From Syntrophales bacterium (GTDB lineage: Bacteria; Desulfobacterota; Syntrophia; Syntrophales; UBA2210), in the NCBI GenBank assembly GCA_963662405.2, contig CAXXKT010000001.1:2722542-2786541 (forward strand): a stretch of DNA of 64,000 nt, read 5' to 3'. The number at the start of each line of letters is the position of its first letter. Position 1 is the first letter of the stretch. The position numbers were made by a program, and so were the translations under genes. Positions 38,758 through 48,448 of the stretch are shown here, in pieces. The notes under the pieces were generated by a model that was given only the letters and a program-made list of their open reading frames with translations, was not told the origin of the DNA and did no database searches.

Positions 38758-39590
38758 GAAATGAGGTTATTTAACTGTCCACCAGTATTTATCATAATCC
38801 CGTTTTCCAGACGCGTGGATTCGAGATATTCCACAACCCGAATATTATATATCGGATCAACTAATATTCCAAAACTCTTAAGAAACATGAAGCGCAGTTC
38901 ATTATGATGCTCCTCAATTTGACCGTATCGTCCTGAAAACCGGTCATCAATAATCAAGTTTTTCGTAATTTCTTTTATCAGTCCTTGACCAACAATTTCT
39001 GCTGCAGCCTCCAGACACTTTTTTTTCGTTCTTGACACAGATACGCCGATTACCTTCATTTCCAGGCCGATTTCAAAAATTGCATAAAGAATACCAAGTG
39101 CCGTTGTGCCGGTACCGTATGGTAACGCAATCCATTCCCGGCTTTTCAAATCAGGGGATTCGTTAAGGATTTTACAAAACCAATCTTTATATGCATTCAT
39201 ACCAGCGCGAGTATGTCCTCCCCCAGGAACCCAGTAATACGTGTGAAACTGTCTTCGTTCTTCATCTATTCGTTCCTGTGCCCTGCTTGGATCAATGAAC
39301 AGTAGTTCCGCCCCCAAATATTTCGCCAATTTTAGGTGTGGGTATTTTGAGATATCTGCGCTATCCTTTTCCAAAATAAGAAGACGAACCGGTATGTTCT
39401 GCGTAGCACCCCAATACGCGGTAGCGAGGCAGTGGCTCGAGTATTTTGAACCATGTGTCATCAAACCTTCTGGCTTTATATTTCTCAATATGTAGGATAA
39501 CTTTCGTATTTTGTTACCCCCACATACGGGCCAATTTCGTGATTCATCAATAATGTATAGTGATGGGCTCTTCTGCGTAGATCTTCTCAT
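38754..39590 (-). CDS. PLP-dependent fold-type-II enzyme, D-cysteine desulfhydrase/ACC deaminase family
   Basis: GGNKIRKL (PLP lysine motif), SSHC, VPGGG, GTGTT, DPIY. Confidence 0.85.
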   Translation of the reverse strand: MRRSTQKSPSLYIIDESRNWPVCGGNKIRKLSYILRNIKPEGLMTHGSKYSSHCLATAYWGATQNIPVRLLILEKDSADISKYPHLKLAKYLGAELLFIDPSRAQERIDEERRQFHTYYWVPGGGHTRAGMNAYKDWFCKILNESPDLKSREWIALPYGTGTTALGILYAIFEIGLEMKVIGVSVSRTKKKCLEAAAEIVGQGLIKEITKNLIIDDRFSGRYGQIEEHHNELRFMFLKSFGILVDPIYNIRVVEYLESTRLENGIMINTGGQLNNLIS

Positions 39591-39806
39591 TTTCCTTCAC
39601 GATCCAAAGCTTATGCTTTGCTAGTGCGCTGTTTATACCCAAGTAGTCAAATGTTTTTTGAATCTGATAGTTTTTTCCGTAAATTCCCACTCTCTGCAAC
39701 TAGATCTCTCTTATTTTCAATAATGAGTAGAGAGGGGAGGAGAGAGAGCACATCGGATTGCAATACTTCCAGTCTGGCCTCGGTGTAGATATTTCGAAGT
39801 TCATCT

Positions 39807-40310
39807 TCAGTTTCTAACATTATTTTGGCTTCCTACCAAAGAGTGGTCGAGTTCTAACCGATAATGCATACTGAGTCGCCCATTGCTGTCGATGGCTTTT
39901 TGGGTAAGCTTAAAACCGACACCCTCGATGAGGCGGATCATGTGTGTGTTGCCTGACCAAGTACGAGTCTCGATTGCACTCATGCCAGCCTCTCTTACAT
40001 GCTGAATCATTTGGTTTATTAAAGCAAAACCGAGTCTCTTACTGCGTATTGTACGGTCGATAGCAATGAATGAAAGGAAAGCGTCTTCATAGCTCTTTGG
40101 AGTACAATAAAATGCTAACATTCCCCAAATTTTATTTCTAACCTTATCTAGTATAATAAGTATCACGGCCTGTTTATAGAGCTTCTCCGTATAAGCGGTC
40201 AAATCAACCCGTGTGGAAAGATTTGGATAAAAATCCGGTCCTACTTTTTCGATAAACTTCAGCAGATCGGATTCTGTAAGTACCGAGTCATGCAGATAAG
40301 CTATCTCCAT
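39807..40310 (-). CDS. GNAT family N-acyltransferase
   Basis: FIAIDRTIRSKRLGFALI (motif A), TWSGN, GVGF. Confidence 0.82.
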   Translation of the reverse strand: MEIAYLHDSVLTESDLLKFIEKVGPDFYPNLSTRVDLTAYTEKLYKQAVILIILDKVRNKIWGMLAFYCTPKSYEDAFLSFIAIDRTIRSKRLGFALINQMIQHVREAGMSAIETRTWSGNTHMIRLIEGVGFKLTQKAIDSNGRLSMHYRLELDHSLVGSQNNVRN

Positions 40311-40408
40311 TTTTTCACTTCCTAGTTTGAATCAATGCGCTTATAAATTTCGTATCAATTTGCTTTCGCATAGAACCAATCATTTTCTTCCGTATTACAC
40401 TTCCGAGG

Positions 40409-41563
40409 TTATATCCTTACGCTGCTTGGAATATTCGCCACCCGGTCTTCCAACCACTGGGCGTTTTCGAGTGCATCGGTTTGACATCCTTGATACATTT
40501 CCAACTTATTCATGAGCTTCCATGCCGGCCGTGTCATGACACCGGCCTGATTGGTAGCTTTGAGAAATGCGTCGCGAGTTGCCCGGTCTGGCACAATAAT
40601 AGCGTTCAACCAGTAGCTCGATCGGGCAGCCATGGGCTCCCGGACAAAGGGTATCTCCAGGGAATCAAAGAATTCCTGGTAGCGTGCCGCCAGTTCCCGT
40701 TTATTTTCCACGAAGGTACTGAGCTGTTCCAACTGCGCGCACACGAGGGCAGCGTTGAGATTTGGAAGTCGGTAGTTATAACCAACCATGTCATGGACAT
40801 ATTCATACGGGTGGGGGACCTTGGCCGTTGTGGTTATATGTTTCGCTTTTTTGGCCAGGGTCTCGTTGTTTGTAACAATTGCCCCGCCGCCACCGCAGGT
40901 CACCGTTTTGTTTCCGTTAAAGCTGTATATGCCAAAGAGCCCAAAGGTACCGGTATGCTTGTTTTTGTAGAAGCTCCCGATCGATTCGGCAGCATCCTCG
41001 ATAAGGGGGATGTGGTATCGGGTACAAATATCAGCGATCGCCTCAATCCGGCAGGGATGACCGAAGGTATGCATGGGGACACAGGCAGCAATTCGTCTGC
41101 CGGTTGTTGTATTATGACAGATATTGCCTTGTATGTGTGTATGGCCCTGTAGAAAACGATCTAAAGCGTTGGGATCAAGTCCCAATGTCTCACGTTCGAC
41201 GTCGAGGAATATCGGGGTAGCTCCGCAGTGCGCAATGGCATTAGCTGTCGCCACAAAGCTCAGTGGTTGGGTAATAACTTCATCACCTGGTTCAACTCCC
41301 GCGAGCTTCAATGCCACTTGAAGGGCACAGGTACCGTTCACAACGGCGACAGCAAACCGCGCGCCGGTAATCTCGCATATCATGTTCTCGAAATGATCCA
41401 CATACGCGCCAACGGAAGAAACAATCGTAGAGTCGATAGCATCATTGACATACTTCTTCTCGTTTCCGAGGAACCGCGGAACGTGCAAGGGAACCGGATT
41501 TTCTCCCGGGTACAGAGATCGGATGAAGTCAATTATACGGAAAAATGATTCAGCGGAAATCAT
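40409..41563 (-). CDS. legC: LegC-family PLP aminotransferase (DegT/DnrJ/EryC1/StrS)
   Basis: PLHVPRF, VSSVG, FVATANA, EDAAESIGS, SFNGNK. Confidence 0.92.
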   Translation of the reverse strand: MISAESFFRIIDFIRSLYPGENPVPLHVPRFLGNEKKYVNDAIDSTIVSSVGAYVDHFENMICEITGARFAVAVVNGTCALQVALKLAGVEPGDEVITQPLSFVATANAIAHCGATPIFLDVERETLGLDPNALDRFLQGHTHIQGNICHNTTTGRRIAACVPMHTFGHPCRIEAIADICTRYHIPLIEDAAESIGSFYKNKHTGTFGLFGIYSFNGNKTVTCGGGGAIVTNNETLAKKAKHITTTAKVPHPYEYVHDMVGYNYRLPNLNAALVCAQLEQLSTFVENKRELAARYQEFFDSLEIPFVREPMAARSSYWLNAIIVPDRATRDAFLKATNQAGVMTRPAWKLMNKLEMYQGCQTDALENAQWLEDRVANIPSSVRI

Positions 41564-41608
41564 ATTTAAAGGAAATATTCCACGTCTCCTGTTTTGAGAT
41601 CAACGCTA

Positions 41609-42598
41609 CTACACATTATAGATGTAGCTCTTGAATCTCTTTAGGTTCTCGGGATCGGTGAACCAGGCAATTGTCTTCTCCAAGCCTTCGCGCAAGGTGT
41701 ATTGAGGGGCAAAGCCTGTTAATTGCCGGATCTTTGTGTTGTCGCACCATAGACGGAATACCTCGGATTTTGGGGGACGAAGACGCGGGGTATCCGTGAT
41801 GATCTCGGTATCAGAGCTCATGATTTCTCTGATGATATCTACGACCTCACCAATGGACACCTCAAAGTTCGAACCGATATTTACCGTTTCTCCTATGGTT
41901 CGTTTACACTCCGCTAGGGAAATAAAGCCGCGGCAAATATCTTCGACATAGGTAAAGTCGCGTGTTGGCATGAGATCGCCAAGTTGTATCTGTTTTTCAC
42001 CCTTAGCAATCTGTGTAATAATTGTGGGGATCACTGCGCGAGTCGATTGACGAGGGCCATAGGTGTTAAATGGCCGTGCTATGGTCACAGGCAGATTAAA
42101 GGCGTGAAAGAAACTTTTCGCCATCGCATCGGCGGCGATCTTTGAGGCACTGTACGGTGATTGCGGTTGTAGGGGATGGTTTTCGTCGATGGGAACATAT
42201 TGGGCTGTCCCGTAGACCTCGGAGGTAGACGTGTGGACAACCCGTTCGCACCCATTGTCGAGTGCGGCTTGGCAGATATTAAGAGTTCCCTTGACGTTGG
42301 TTTCCACGTAACTGTCAGGGGCAATGTACGAATATGGAATTGCAATAAGCGCCGCAAGATGAAAGACAACATCAACGTTCTTTGTGATTTTTTTGCAGTA
42401 GTGTGGATCTCGGACATCACCAATAAGTATTTCTATATCGTGTAAGCACTCTGTGTCTTCAAGCCACCCCCAGTAGTTGAAGGAATTATATTGGCTCAGG
42501 GCTTTGGCATCCGCCCCTTGTTTTACGAGTATTTCCGTGAGGTGCGAGCCGATAAAACCATCTGCCCCAGTTATAAGAATTTTTTTGTTTGTCAGCAT
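41609..42598 (-). CDS. legB: NAD-dependent 4,6-dehydratase LegB
   Basis: TGADGFIGSHL, YNSFNYWGWLE, HLAALIAIPYSY, YSASK. ATG 42598 preferred. Confidence 0.92.
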   Translation of the reverse strand: MLTNKKILITGADGFIGSHLTEILVKQGADAKALSQYNSFNYWGWLEDTECLHDIEILIGDVRDPHYCKKITKNVDVVFHLAALIAIPYSYIAPDSYVETNVKGTLNICQAALDNGCERVVHTSTSEVYGTAQYVPIDENHPLQPQSPYSASKIAADAMAKSFFHAFNLPVTIARPFNTYGPRQSTRAVIPTIITQIAKGEKQIQLGDLMPTRDFTYVEDICRGFISLAECKRTIGETVNIGSNFEVSIGEVVDIIREIMSSDTEIITDTPRLRPPKSEVFRLWCDNTKIRQLTGFAPQYTLREGLEKTIAWFTDPENLKRFKSYIYNV

Positions 42599-42687
42599 AA
42601 TAATTATTAATCGAGCTTGTTTTGGCACCTATGGGAAAGGTGCCATGTATTTAACTGTCTATGGAGGCAACAATGCCTTATTTTATG

Positions 42688-43375
42688 TAAATAATCCGCG
42701 CCCACAGGACGCGGCTTTGAATTATCCCCCCATAGGGGGGTATGCCCCTGCCCCCAGAGGGGGCGGGGCTGATGAGTCTTGCCGCATCGTTCGTCTTTTA
42801 GTCATCTAATCTCAGTTGTTCTTCCTGCCTCTCTTTCTTCTCCTGATACCGGACATACTTCCGGACCATCTCGGCATTCAATCCAACTGTATCAACACAA
42901 TATCCCTTCGCCCAAAAATGGTTCCCCCAATAGGGCTTCTTCCTCAATTCCCGAAATTGTTGAAACAATTTCATCGATGTCTGCCCCTTGACCCGGCCCA
43001 TTAAACTCGATATCGATACCTTCGGGGGGATCATTATCACAAGATGTACATGATCGCGTTGTACATTTAACTCCACCACTTCACACCCTGCATATCCACA
43101 AATCGCGTGAATCCCAGCTTCTGCTGCCTCTCGAACTCTCCCTGTCAAAATACGGTATCTGTACTTCGGAACCCACACAATATGATACTGACAATGCCAT
43201 ATCGTGTGTGATAACTTGCAAAATCTGCTCACTGCTTCCTCCTTGCTCTTGACGTTGCGGCTAACAACTCTAAGCAAGGATAGCAGTGGGCGGCCTACTT
43301 GGCCATACCCATACGGGACCGGCTTAGCCAATCCCACATGACCACACCCACAGGGTGTGGGTTTCTACTTCGATC
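42688..43375 (-). mobile_element. IS200/IS605-family insertion sequence (IS200-type, tnpA only); ends approximate
   Basis: Single Y1 transposase flanked by subterminal hairpins: CCACACCC-aca-GGGTGTGG (about 43342-43360) and GC-rich hairpins at about 42696-42770. No terminal inverted repeats. About 0.7 kb. Confidence 0.85.
42798..43232 (-). CDS. tnpA: IS200-family Y1 (HUH) transposase
   Basis: YHIVWVPKYR, DHVHL (HUH), FWAKGY, YVRYQ. GTG 43232 is preceded by AAGGAGG. Confidence 0.95.
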   Translation of the reverse strand: MSRFCKLSHTIWHCQYHIVWVPKYRYRILTGRVREAAEAGIHAICGYAGCEVVELNVQRDHVHLVIMIPPKVSISSLMGRVKGQTSMKLFQQFRELRKKPYWGNHFWAKGYCVDTVGLNAEMVRKYVRYQEKKERQEEQLRLDD

Positions 43376-43473
43376 TAAAATATCATCTCCAGATTGATTT
43401 TTCAGCCAGAACTTCAATGTGATTTTTTGAAATCAGCCCAAAACCGAGATTGGAAGGAACATCTGTCCATAAT

Positions 43474-44655
43474 TTAGGACTCTTTTTTTGGCGCATTTTT
43501 TATGTACTCTATGAAGAAGGTAAGAAAGACGAAGATGAAGAGGGCGGCCACCCCGGTAAGCGCAACGATCTGTTTCTTCTTGGGTTTGATGGGCTTTGCC
43601 GAAATCTCTGGGGTCTTGATAACATTGATATTGGTAATGATCTGCTTTTCAGCCTCCAGGCGTGTGATTTCAGCCTTGGCGTTATCAATCTGTGCCTGCA
43701 TCCCTTCTTCCTTCTGGAGTCGCAATCGGTCAATTTTTCCGAGAATCTCATTGATGTCTCTTTCGAATACGCTCATCTGGGATTCGATCTCGTACTGTTC
43801 CTGTGTCAGGTTATATATGTGCGTATTCAGTTCATTAAAATACAATATGTTTTGTTGAAGCGTCGTCCCATACAGCATGAGCGACATCTCATCCTGTTGG
43901 TTGCCTTCGTTGATCAGGCGCTGCCTCCGTTCGGTGATTTTCTCTGAGTTTTCCTTGACCTGTTTTATGTCGAGAAGCAATCTGTCGATCTCCTTCTCGA
44001 CATTTGCGAGCCGTTCCCGCTTGAGTTCTATTTCATGTTTTCTGGTCTGTACGTCACTCTGTTTCACCTGAATCTGCTTTTCCAGGTCCTTTCTTTGAAC
44101 CTCGATATCCTGGATTCTGCTTCTGTGATTCAAGATGTTTGAATCGTAGTTGAGTTGTCTCTGGTGCACGAGGACGCGGTAGTCGTCCGTGAGCAATTCG
44201 ATCAGGCGATTCAGCACGCCAAGGCCGAGGGTAACCTTCTCTTTCTCCCATTCAGATGTGACCTGAATAATATGCGATTCACCCTTTCCGTTCTTGTCCG
44301 CAGCGATTTTGAGCTGAATTTTCTCAGGATTGATATTTAAAGACTTGATGATCCGCTGATTGTATGCCTGCTGATTGATCTTCCGGCTGATATTTTCAGG
44401 CGAGTCCAGGTATATAAACCCTCCCGTATCGCTGATGCTGATGATCCCCGGCTCTATAATCATATCCACCTGATAGATCTTCGGGAGTTGATACGCATAG
44501 ACGACAGCCGCCACGACGCAGATCAAGGTGCCGGCGATGATGAACCACTTCCATTCCCAGATAACACGGAGTAGATCGATGAGGGCGACCTCGCCCTCAT
44601 CATAAGGGGGGTGGAATTGATGATTTGGACTCTGGGTGGCTTGGTTCTCGGACAT
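43474..44655 (-). CDS. wzz: Wzz-family polysaccharide co-polymerase / chain-length regulator
   Basis: EVALIDLLRVIWEWKW + TM, long coiled-coil, PIKPKKKQI + C-terminal TM. Confidence 0.88.
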   Translation of the reverse strand: MSENQATQSPNHQFHPPYDEGEVALIDLLRVIWEWKWFIIAGTLICVVAAVVYAYQLPKIYQVDMIIEPGIISISDTGGFIYLDSPENISRKINQQAYNQRIIKSLNINPEKIQLKIAADKNGKGESHIIQVTSEWEKEKVTLGLGVLNRLIELLTDDYRVLVHQRQLNYDSNILNHRSRIQDIEVQRKDLEKQIQVKQSDVQTRKHEIELKRERLANVEKEIDRLLLDIKQVKENSEKITERRQRLINEGNQQDEMSLMLYGTTLQQNILYFNELNTHIYNLTQEQYEIESQMSVFERDINEILGKIDRLRLQKEEGMQAQIDNAKAEITRLEAEKQIITNINVIKTPEISAKPIKPKKKQIVALTGVAALFIFVFLTFFIEYIKNAPKKES

Positions 44656-44682
44656 TGTTTTTCCTCCGGTAAAAACTTATAC

Positions 44683-44715
44683 GTTATGATTATATCATAA
44701 CCAACACGCCGGCAA
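44683..44715 (-). promoter_or_regulatory. Extended -10 promoter for wzz overlapped by a palindrome
   Basis: TGaTATAAT on the minus strand (TATAAT at 44689-44694), inside GTTATGAT-tat-ATCATAAC (44683-44701). Confidence 0.5.
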
Positions 44716-44822
44716 TTTTATAATGGAATTTTTACTTGTGCGTAGATCTATGCTGAAAGAGGAAACCTAGCACACGTCTCTGCGATCTGCGAGGTTTGGA
44801 CCCCAGGTAAAAACGTCCCTTT

Positions 44823-45827
44823 TTAGTAACCGGCATCAGAGATAAGCTTTTCTTTCTTCGCCAGTTCGAGGTCCGTTTTGATCATCATATCAATAAGCTG
44901 ATCGAACGTGGTTTTGGGTTTCCACCCGAGAATTGTCTGCGCCTTGGTCGCATCGCCGAGGAGCACATCGACTTCGGTCGGCCTGAAGCAGTTTTCATCG
45001 ATTTCCACATAATCATGGTGATCAAGGTCGAGCTTCGCGAAGGTTGTTTGTACAAATTCACGTACCGAATGGGTCTCGCCGGTAGCGATGACAAAATCGT
45101 CCGGTTGATCGTGCTGGAGCATCATCCACATGGCCTCGACATAGTCACCGGCAAAGCCCCAGTCACGCTTCGCGTCGACATTCCCCAGATAGAGCTTGTC
45201 CTGCAGGCCCATTTTGATCCGGGTCGCCGCGCGTGTGATCTTCCGGGTAACGAATGTCTCACCCCGGCGGGGGGATTCGTGGTTGAAGAGGATACCGTTA
45301 CAGGCAAAGATATTGTACGCGTCGCGATAGTTCTTTGTCACGTAATAGGAATATACCTTGGCTGCACCGTAAGGGCTCCGCGGCTGAAAGGGGGTGAGCT
45401 CATTCTGCGGTGGGGGTGAAGATCCGAACATCTCACTGGACGAGGCCTGGTAGAACCGTGCCGCGACCCCGGTTTTTCTGATCGCGTCTAACAGCCGAAT
45501 GGTCGCGAGGCCGGTTATGTCGCCGGTATATTCGGGGGTATCGAAACTCACACGGACATGGCTTTGAGCGCCGAGGTGGTATATCTCGTCGGGTTGTATC
45601 TCAGCCACGAGGTTTGTGAGATGAGCAGACACCGCCAAATCCCCGTAATGCAGGTGCAGGTGAGCATCCGGATCGTTGAACCCTTTGTAAAAGTGGTCAA
45701 TGCGCTCCGTGTTGAAACTGCTTGTTCTCCTGATGAGGCCATGCACTTCATATCCTTTCCCTAGGAGAAATTCTGCAAGGTATGATCCGTCCTGCCCCGT
45801 GATCCCGGTGATAAAAGCCTTCTTCAT
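44823..45827 (-). CDS. gmd: GDP-mannose 4,6-dehydratase
   Basis: [43 protein letters not shown]. Confidence 0.97.
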   Translation of the reverse strand: MKKAFITGITGQDGSYLAEFLLGKGYEVHGLIRRTSSFNTERIDHFYKGFNDPDAHLHLHYGDLAVSAHLTNLVAEIQPDEIYHLGAQSHVRVSFDTPEYTGDITGLATIRLLDAIRKTGVAARFYQASSSEMFGSSPPPQNELTPFQPRSPYGAAKVYSYYVTKNYRDAYNIFACNGILFNHESPRRGETFVTRKITRAATRIKMGLQDKLYLGNVDAKRDWGFAGDYVEAMWMMLQHDQPDDFVIATGETHSVREFVQTTFAKLDLDHHDYVEIDENCFRPTEVDVLLGDATKAQTILGWKPKTTFDQLIDMMIKTDLELAKKEKLISDAGY

Positions 45828-45957
45828 GGTCGATTCCTTTCCATTTTGAGAGCGTAACGCTCTGTGTGTGTATATGTTTTAGTATCTTATATCGTCGAAA
45901 AGTGCCAGAAGGTATACAATCGGCAAAGGAGATTCACCCGTCCGGACACAAAACCTT

Positions 45958-47094
45958 TTACACCTGCCTGGATTGGGCGGTTTCCCCCTTCAGTATTGCC
46001 TTTATCAATTCAACGGTCCTTACGGCCGTTTTCCCATCCCAGAATACAGGAGGGTTAGTTGGACCCTTTTCGACGATCTCTTCGAGGTCTGACACAATCC
46101 TTTCGGGGACGGTCAATTTGTTTGTTCCCTGGGTTATTGTGATAGGCCGCTCCGTATTTGAACGCATTGTCAGGCAAGGAATATTCAGATACGTCGTTTC
46201 TTCCTGGATTCCACCTGAATCGGTTATCACAAATGTGCAGCCAAATAGTATGTTCATAAATGACTTGTAGCTGAGAGGGGCCGTTAAAAAAATATCCGGT
46301 GCGTTGTTGAGGTGATTGTAAAGACCGAACTCATGCAGGTTCTTCGCGGTGCGCGGGTGTAGCGGAAAGACAAGCTGGGTCTTGTTTGATAGTCGAATGA
46401 GCGCATCACAGATTTGCGATAACCCCTCGGGGGTGTCAACATTGGCGGGGCGATGAAGGGTGACCACGCCGTATTTTATATTCGCAAGTCTCAATTTTTC
46501 TTGCGTCCGTTCCCGGAGGATTGCCGGGGTCATCATAACGAGGGAATCGATCATGATATTTCCCACCATTGTGATCTTCTCGGCAGTGATTCCTTCCCTG
46601 AGGAGATTTTCGTTTGCGTCTGCAGATGGGGTCCACAGGTAATCGGCAATTGAATCGGTCACAATCCGATTGATTTCTTCCGGCATGGAGCGATCGAACG
46701 ATCGGAGTCCCGCCTCAAGATGGGCGACCTTGACTCCCAACTTGACGGCAGCCAAACTGCATGCCACCGTTGAATTGACATCTCCTACGACAATCACCAA
46801 ATCGGGTTTGGTTTCGAAAAGAACCCGTTCGTACGCAATCATCACGCCGCCGGTCTGCTCGGCATGGGTTCCGCTTCCCACGTCCAGATGGATGTGTGGC
46901 GCCGGAAGATTCAAATCCCGGAAAAACGCATCCGACATATTCAGATCATAATGTTGCCCCGTGTGAACGATTACCGGATGCGCCCAATCTTTCTTGATCA
47001 GCTCATGGTAGAGCGGAGCGATCTTCATGAAGTTGGGCCGGGCAGCGGCGATAAGGTGAATCGAAACTGTGGTACGGTCTGTCGGTCTTTTCAT
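45958..47094 (-). CDS. wecB: UDP-N-acetylglucosamine 2-epimerase (non-hydrolysing)
   Basis: ARPNFMK, HTGQHYD, GDVNST, EAGLRS, MPEEINR, TDSGGIQEE, TERP. Confidence 0.93.
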   Translation of the reverse strand: MKRPTDRTTVSIHLIAAARPNFMKIAPLYHELIKKDWAHPVIVHTGQHYDLNMSDAFFRDLNLPAPHIHLDVGSGTHAEQTGGVMIAYERVLFETKPDLVIVVGDVNSTVACSLAAVKLGVKVAHLEAGLRSFDRSMPEEINRIVTDSIADYLWTPSADANENLLREGITAEKITMVGNIMIDSLVMMTPAILRERTQEKLRLANIKYGVVTLHRPANVDTPEGLSQICDALIRLSNKTQLVFPLHPRTAKNLHEFGLYNHLNNAPDIFLTAPLSYKSFMNILFGCTFVITDSGGIQEETTYLNIPCLTMRSNTERPITITQGTNKLTVPERIVSDLEEIVEKGPTNPPVFWDGKTAVRTVELIKAILKGETAQSRQV

Positions 47095-47281
47095 TTTTTA
47101 CGTATGCTTGTGGACCGAACAAATGACCGTTTGAAGGTGCTGCTTCACGCACCTTGACGTCGGGGTATATCCGTTCCAGATCCTGGTTTTCATACAGCTC
47201 CGCTCCTTGAATTACACATGTGGGAGCTTTCAATTTGGGTATTATCTCATCATAACCTGAGCTGATCTCTCAGGCAGTCGA

Positions 47282-48448
47282 CTATCGTGTCTCGCGTGGT
47301 GAAGCGATCGCCTTGTAAGCCTGCAGGGAGCTTTGTATCGTCTGCTCCCAGCGGTACACCTTTTTTTCTTTTGTTTCAAGCTCTCCTCGAAATACCTTCG
47401 TCACTCCGTCCGCCAGGGACTCGGGATCACCCGGAGATACCAATACATATTTTCCCGAGATGACCTCGGGAAGAGATCCGACATTGGTTGCTACAACGGG
47501 TTTCCCCATGGTGCATGCCTCGACGCACGTAAAACCGAAACCTTCACTGAGAGAGGGGACCACCACGCAGTCGGTTGCCTGGATATACTGCGGGAGCATT
47601 TCTCTCGGCACGGAGGGATGGAGAATTATGTTGTCCAAACTTAATGTTCGGATAAGATTCACAACCTCTTGATATTTTGTCGGTGGGTCGTTTGCGAGTA
47701 TCAACAGGAGTTTCGAATCAGGAATCACCTCTTGAATCAGAGGAACCGCCCGGACCAGATATTCGACCCCCTTGGCCATTCCCGGTCGGCCGTAATAGGC
47801 GTAAAGGAAGGTTGATTCCTCGATGCCAAGTTCTTTTCGGATCTTTTGTGTTTCTTGAGTTCGCCCTTGTTTAAATAATTGATTGTCAATCCCGGGATAG
47901 GTCAGAAATGTCTTTTGGGGTTTTATCCCCCGATCTGTGAGACAACACCGGGTGCTTTGTGAAATGCAGAGATACGCATCGTAGGGGAGACGAAGAATTG
48001 CACGTTCGATCCACCGGCATAAACAGGCCGCCACGACATTAAAGTGTAACCGCATCCAGGTGTCTCCTAGAACCTCAAGAAAGGAGATGACGACCGGTTT
48101 CCCTCGCATTCTGGCGATCAGCCAAGCGGGAAAGGCCCCGTTGTACGGCATGGTATGGATAATGGCTGCTGCTGAAGAAATCTTCCATGCCAAGGGGATA
48201 CTCATAAAGGTAAACCAGTACCGGTCAGCGAATCTGGGGACACGGACCCGGTGGATATTGACGCCGTTTACCACATCGAACCGTGGTGTTCCGGGGACGC
48301 GACAGGTGACAACATCGCATCGATGCCCTTTCTGTACGAGGCCTTCCGCCAATTTCTGGAACAGGATTTCCGCTCCGCCTACATGGGGATAGTAATATTC
48401 GATGATGAAACAAATGGAAAGCTGTGAATAATTTGTGTCGGGGGTCAT
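47282..48448 (-). CDS. GT4 glycosyltransferase
   Basis: YYPHVGGAE, KGVEYL, PSLSEGFG…EA, VGSLPEV. Confidence 0.9.
   Translation of the reverse strand: MTPDTNYSQLSICFIIEYYYPHVGGAEILFQKLAEGLVQKGHRCDVVTCRVPGTPRFDVVNGVNIHRVRVPRFADRYWFTFMSIPLAWKISSAAAIIHTMPYNGAFPAWLIARMRGKPVVISFLEVLGDTWMRLHFNVVAACLCRWIERAILRLPYDAYLCISQSTRCCLTDRGIKPQKTFLTYPGIDNQLFKQGRTQETQKIRKELGIEESTFLYAYYGRPGMAKGVEYLVRAVPLIQEVIPDSKLLLILANDPPTKYQEVVNLIRTLSLDNIILHPSVPREMLPQYIQATDCVVVPSLSEGFGFTCVEACTMGKPVVATNVGSLPEVISGKYVLVSPGDPESLADGVTKVFRGELETKEKKVYRWEQTIQSSLQAYKAIASPRETR

Noticed and set aside
42600..42800. TnpB or omega-RNA associated with the IS
   Set aside because: There is no room or ORF for TnpB. The hairpins are explained as the IS200 right end.
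43233..43337. Upstream extension of tnpA in the ORF track
   Set aside because: It covers the IS left-end/leader. GTG 43232 has a strong SD and gives the usual ~144-aa TnpA.
47003..47233. 76-aa ORF between the GT4 and wecB
   Set aside because: TTG start, out-of-frame overlap with wecB, no motif. It may be a remnant but cannot be supported.
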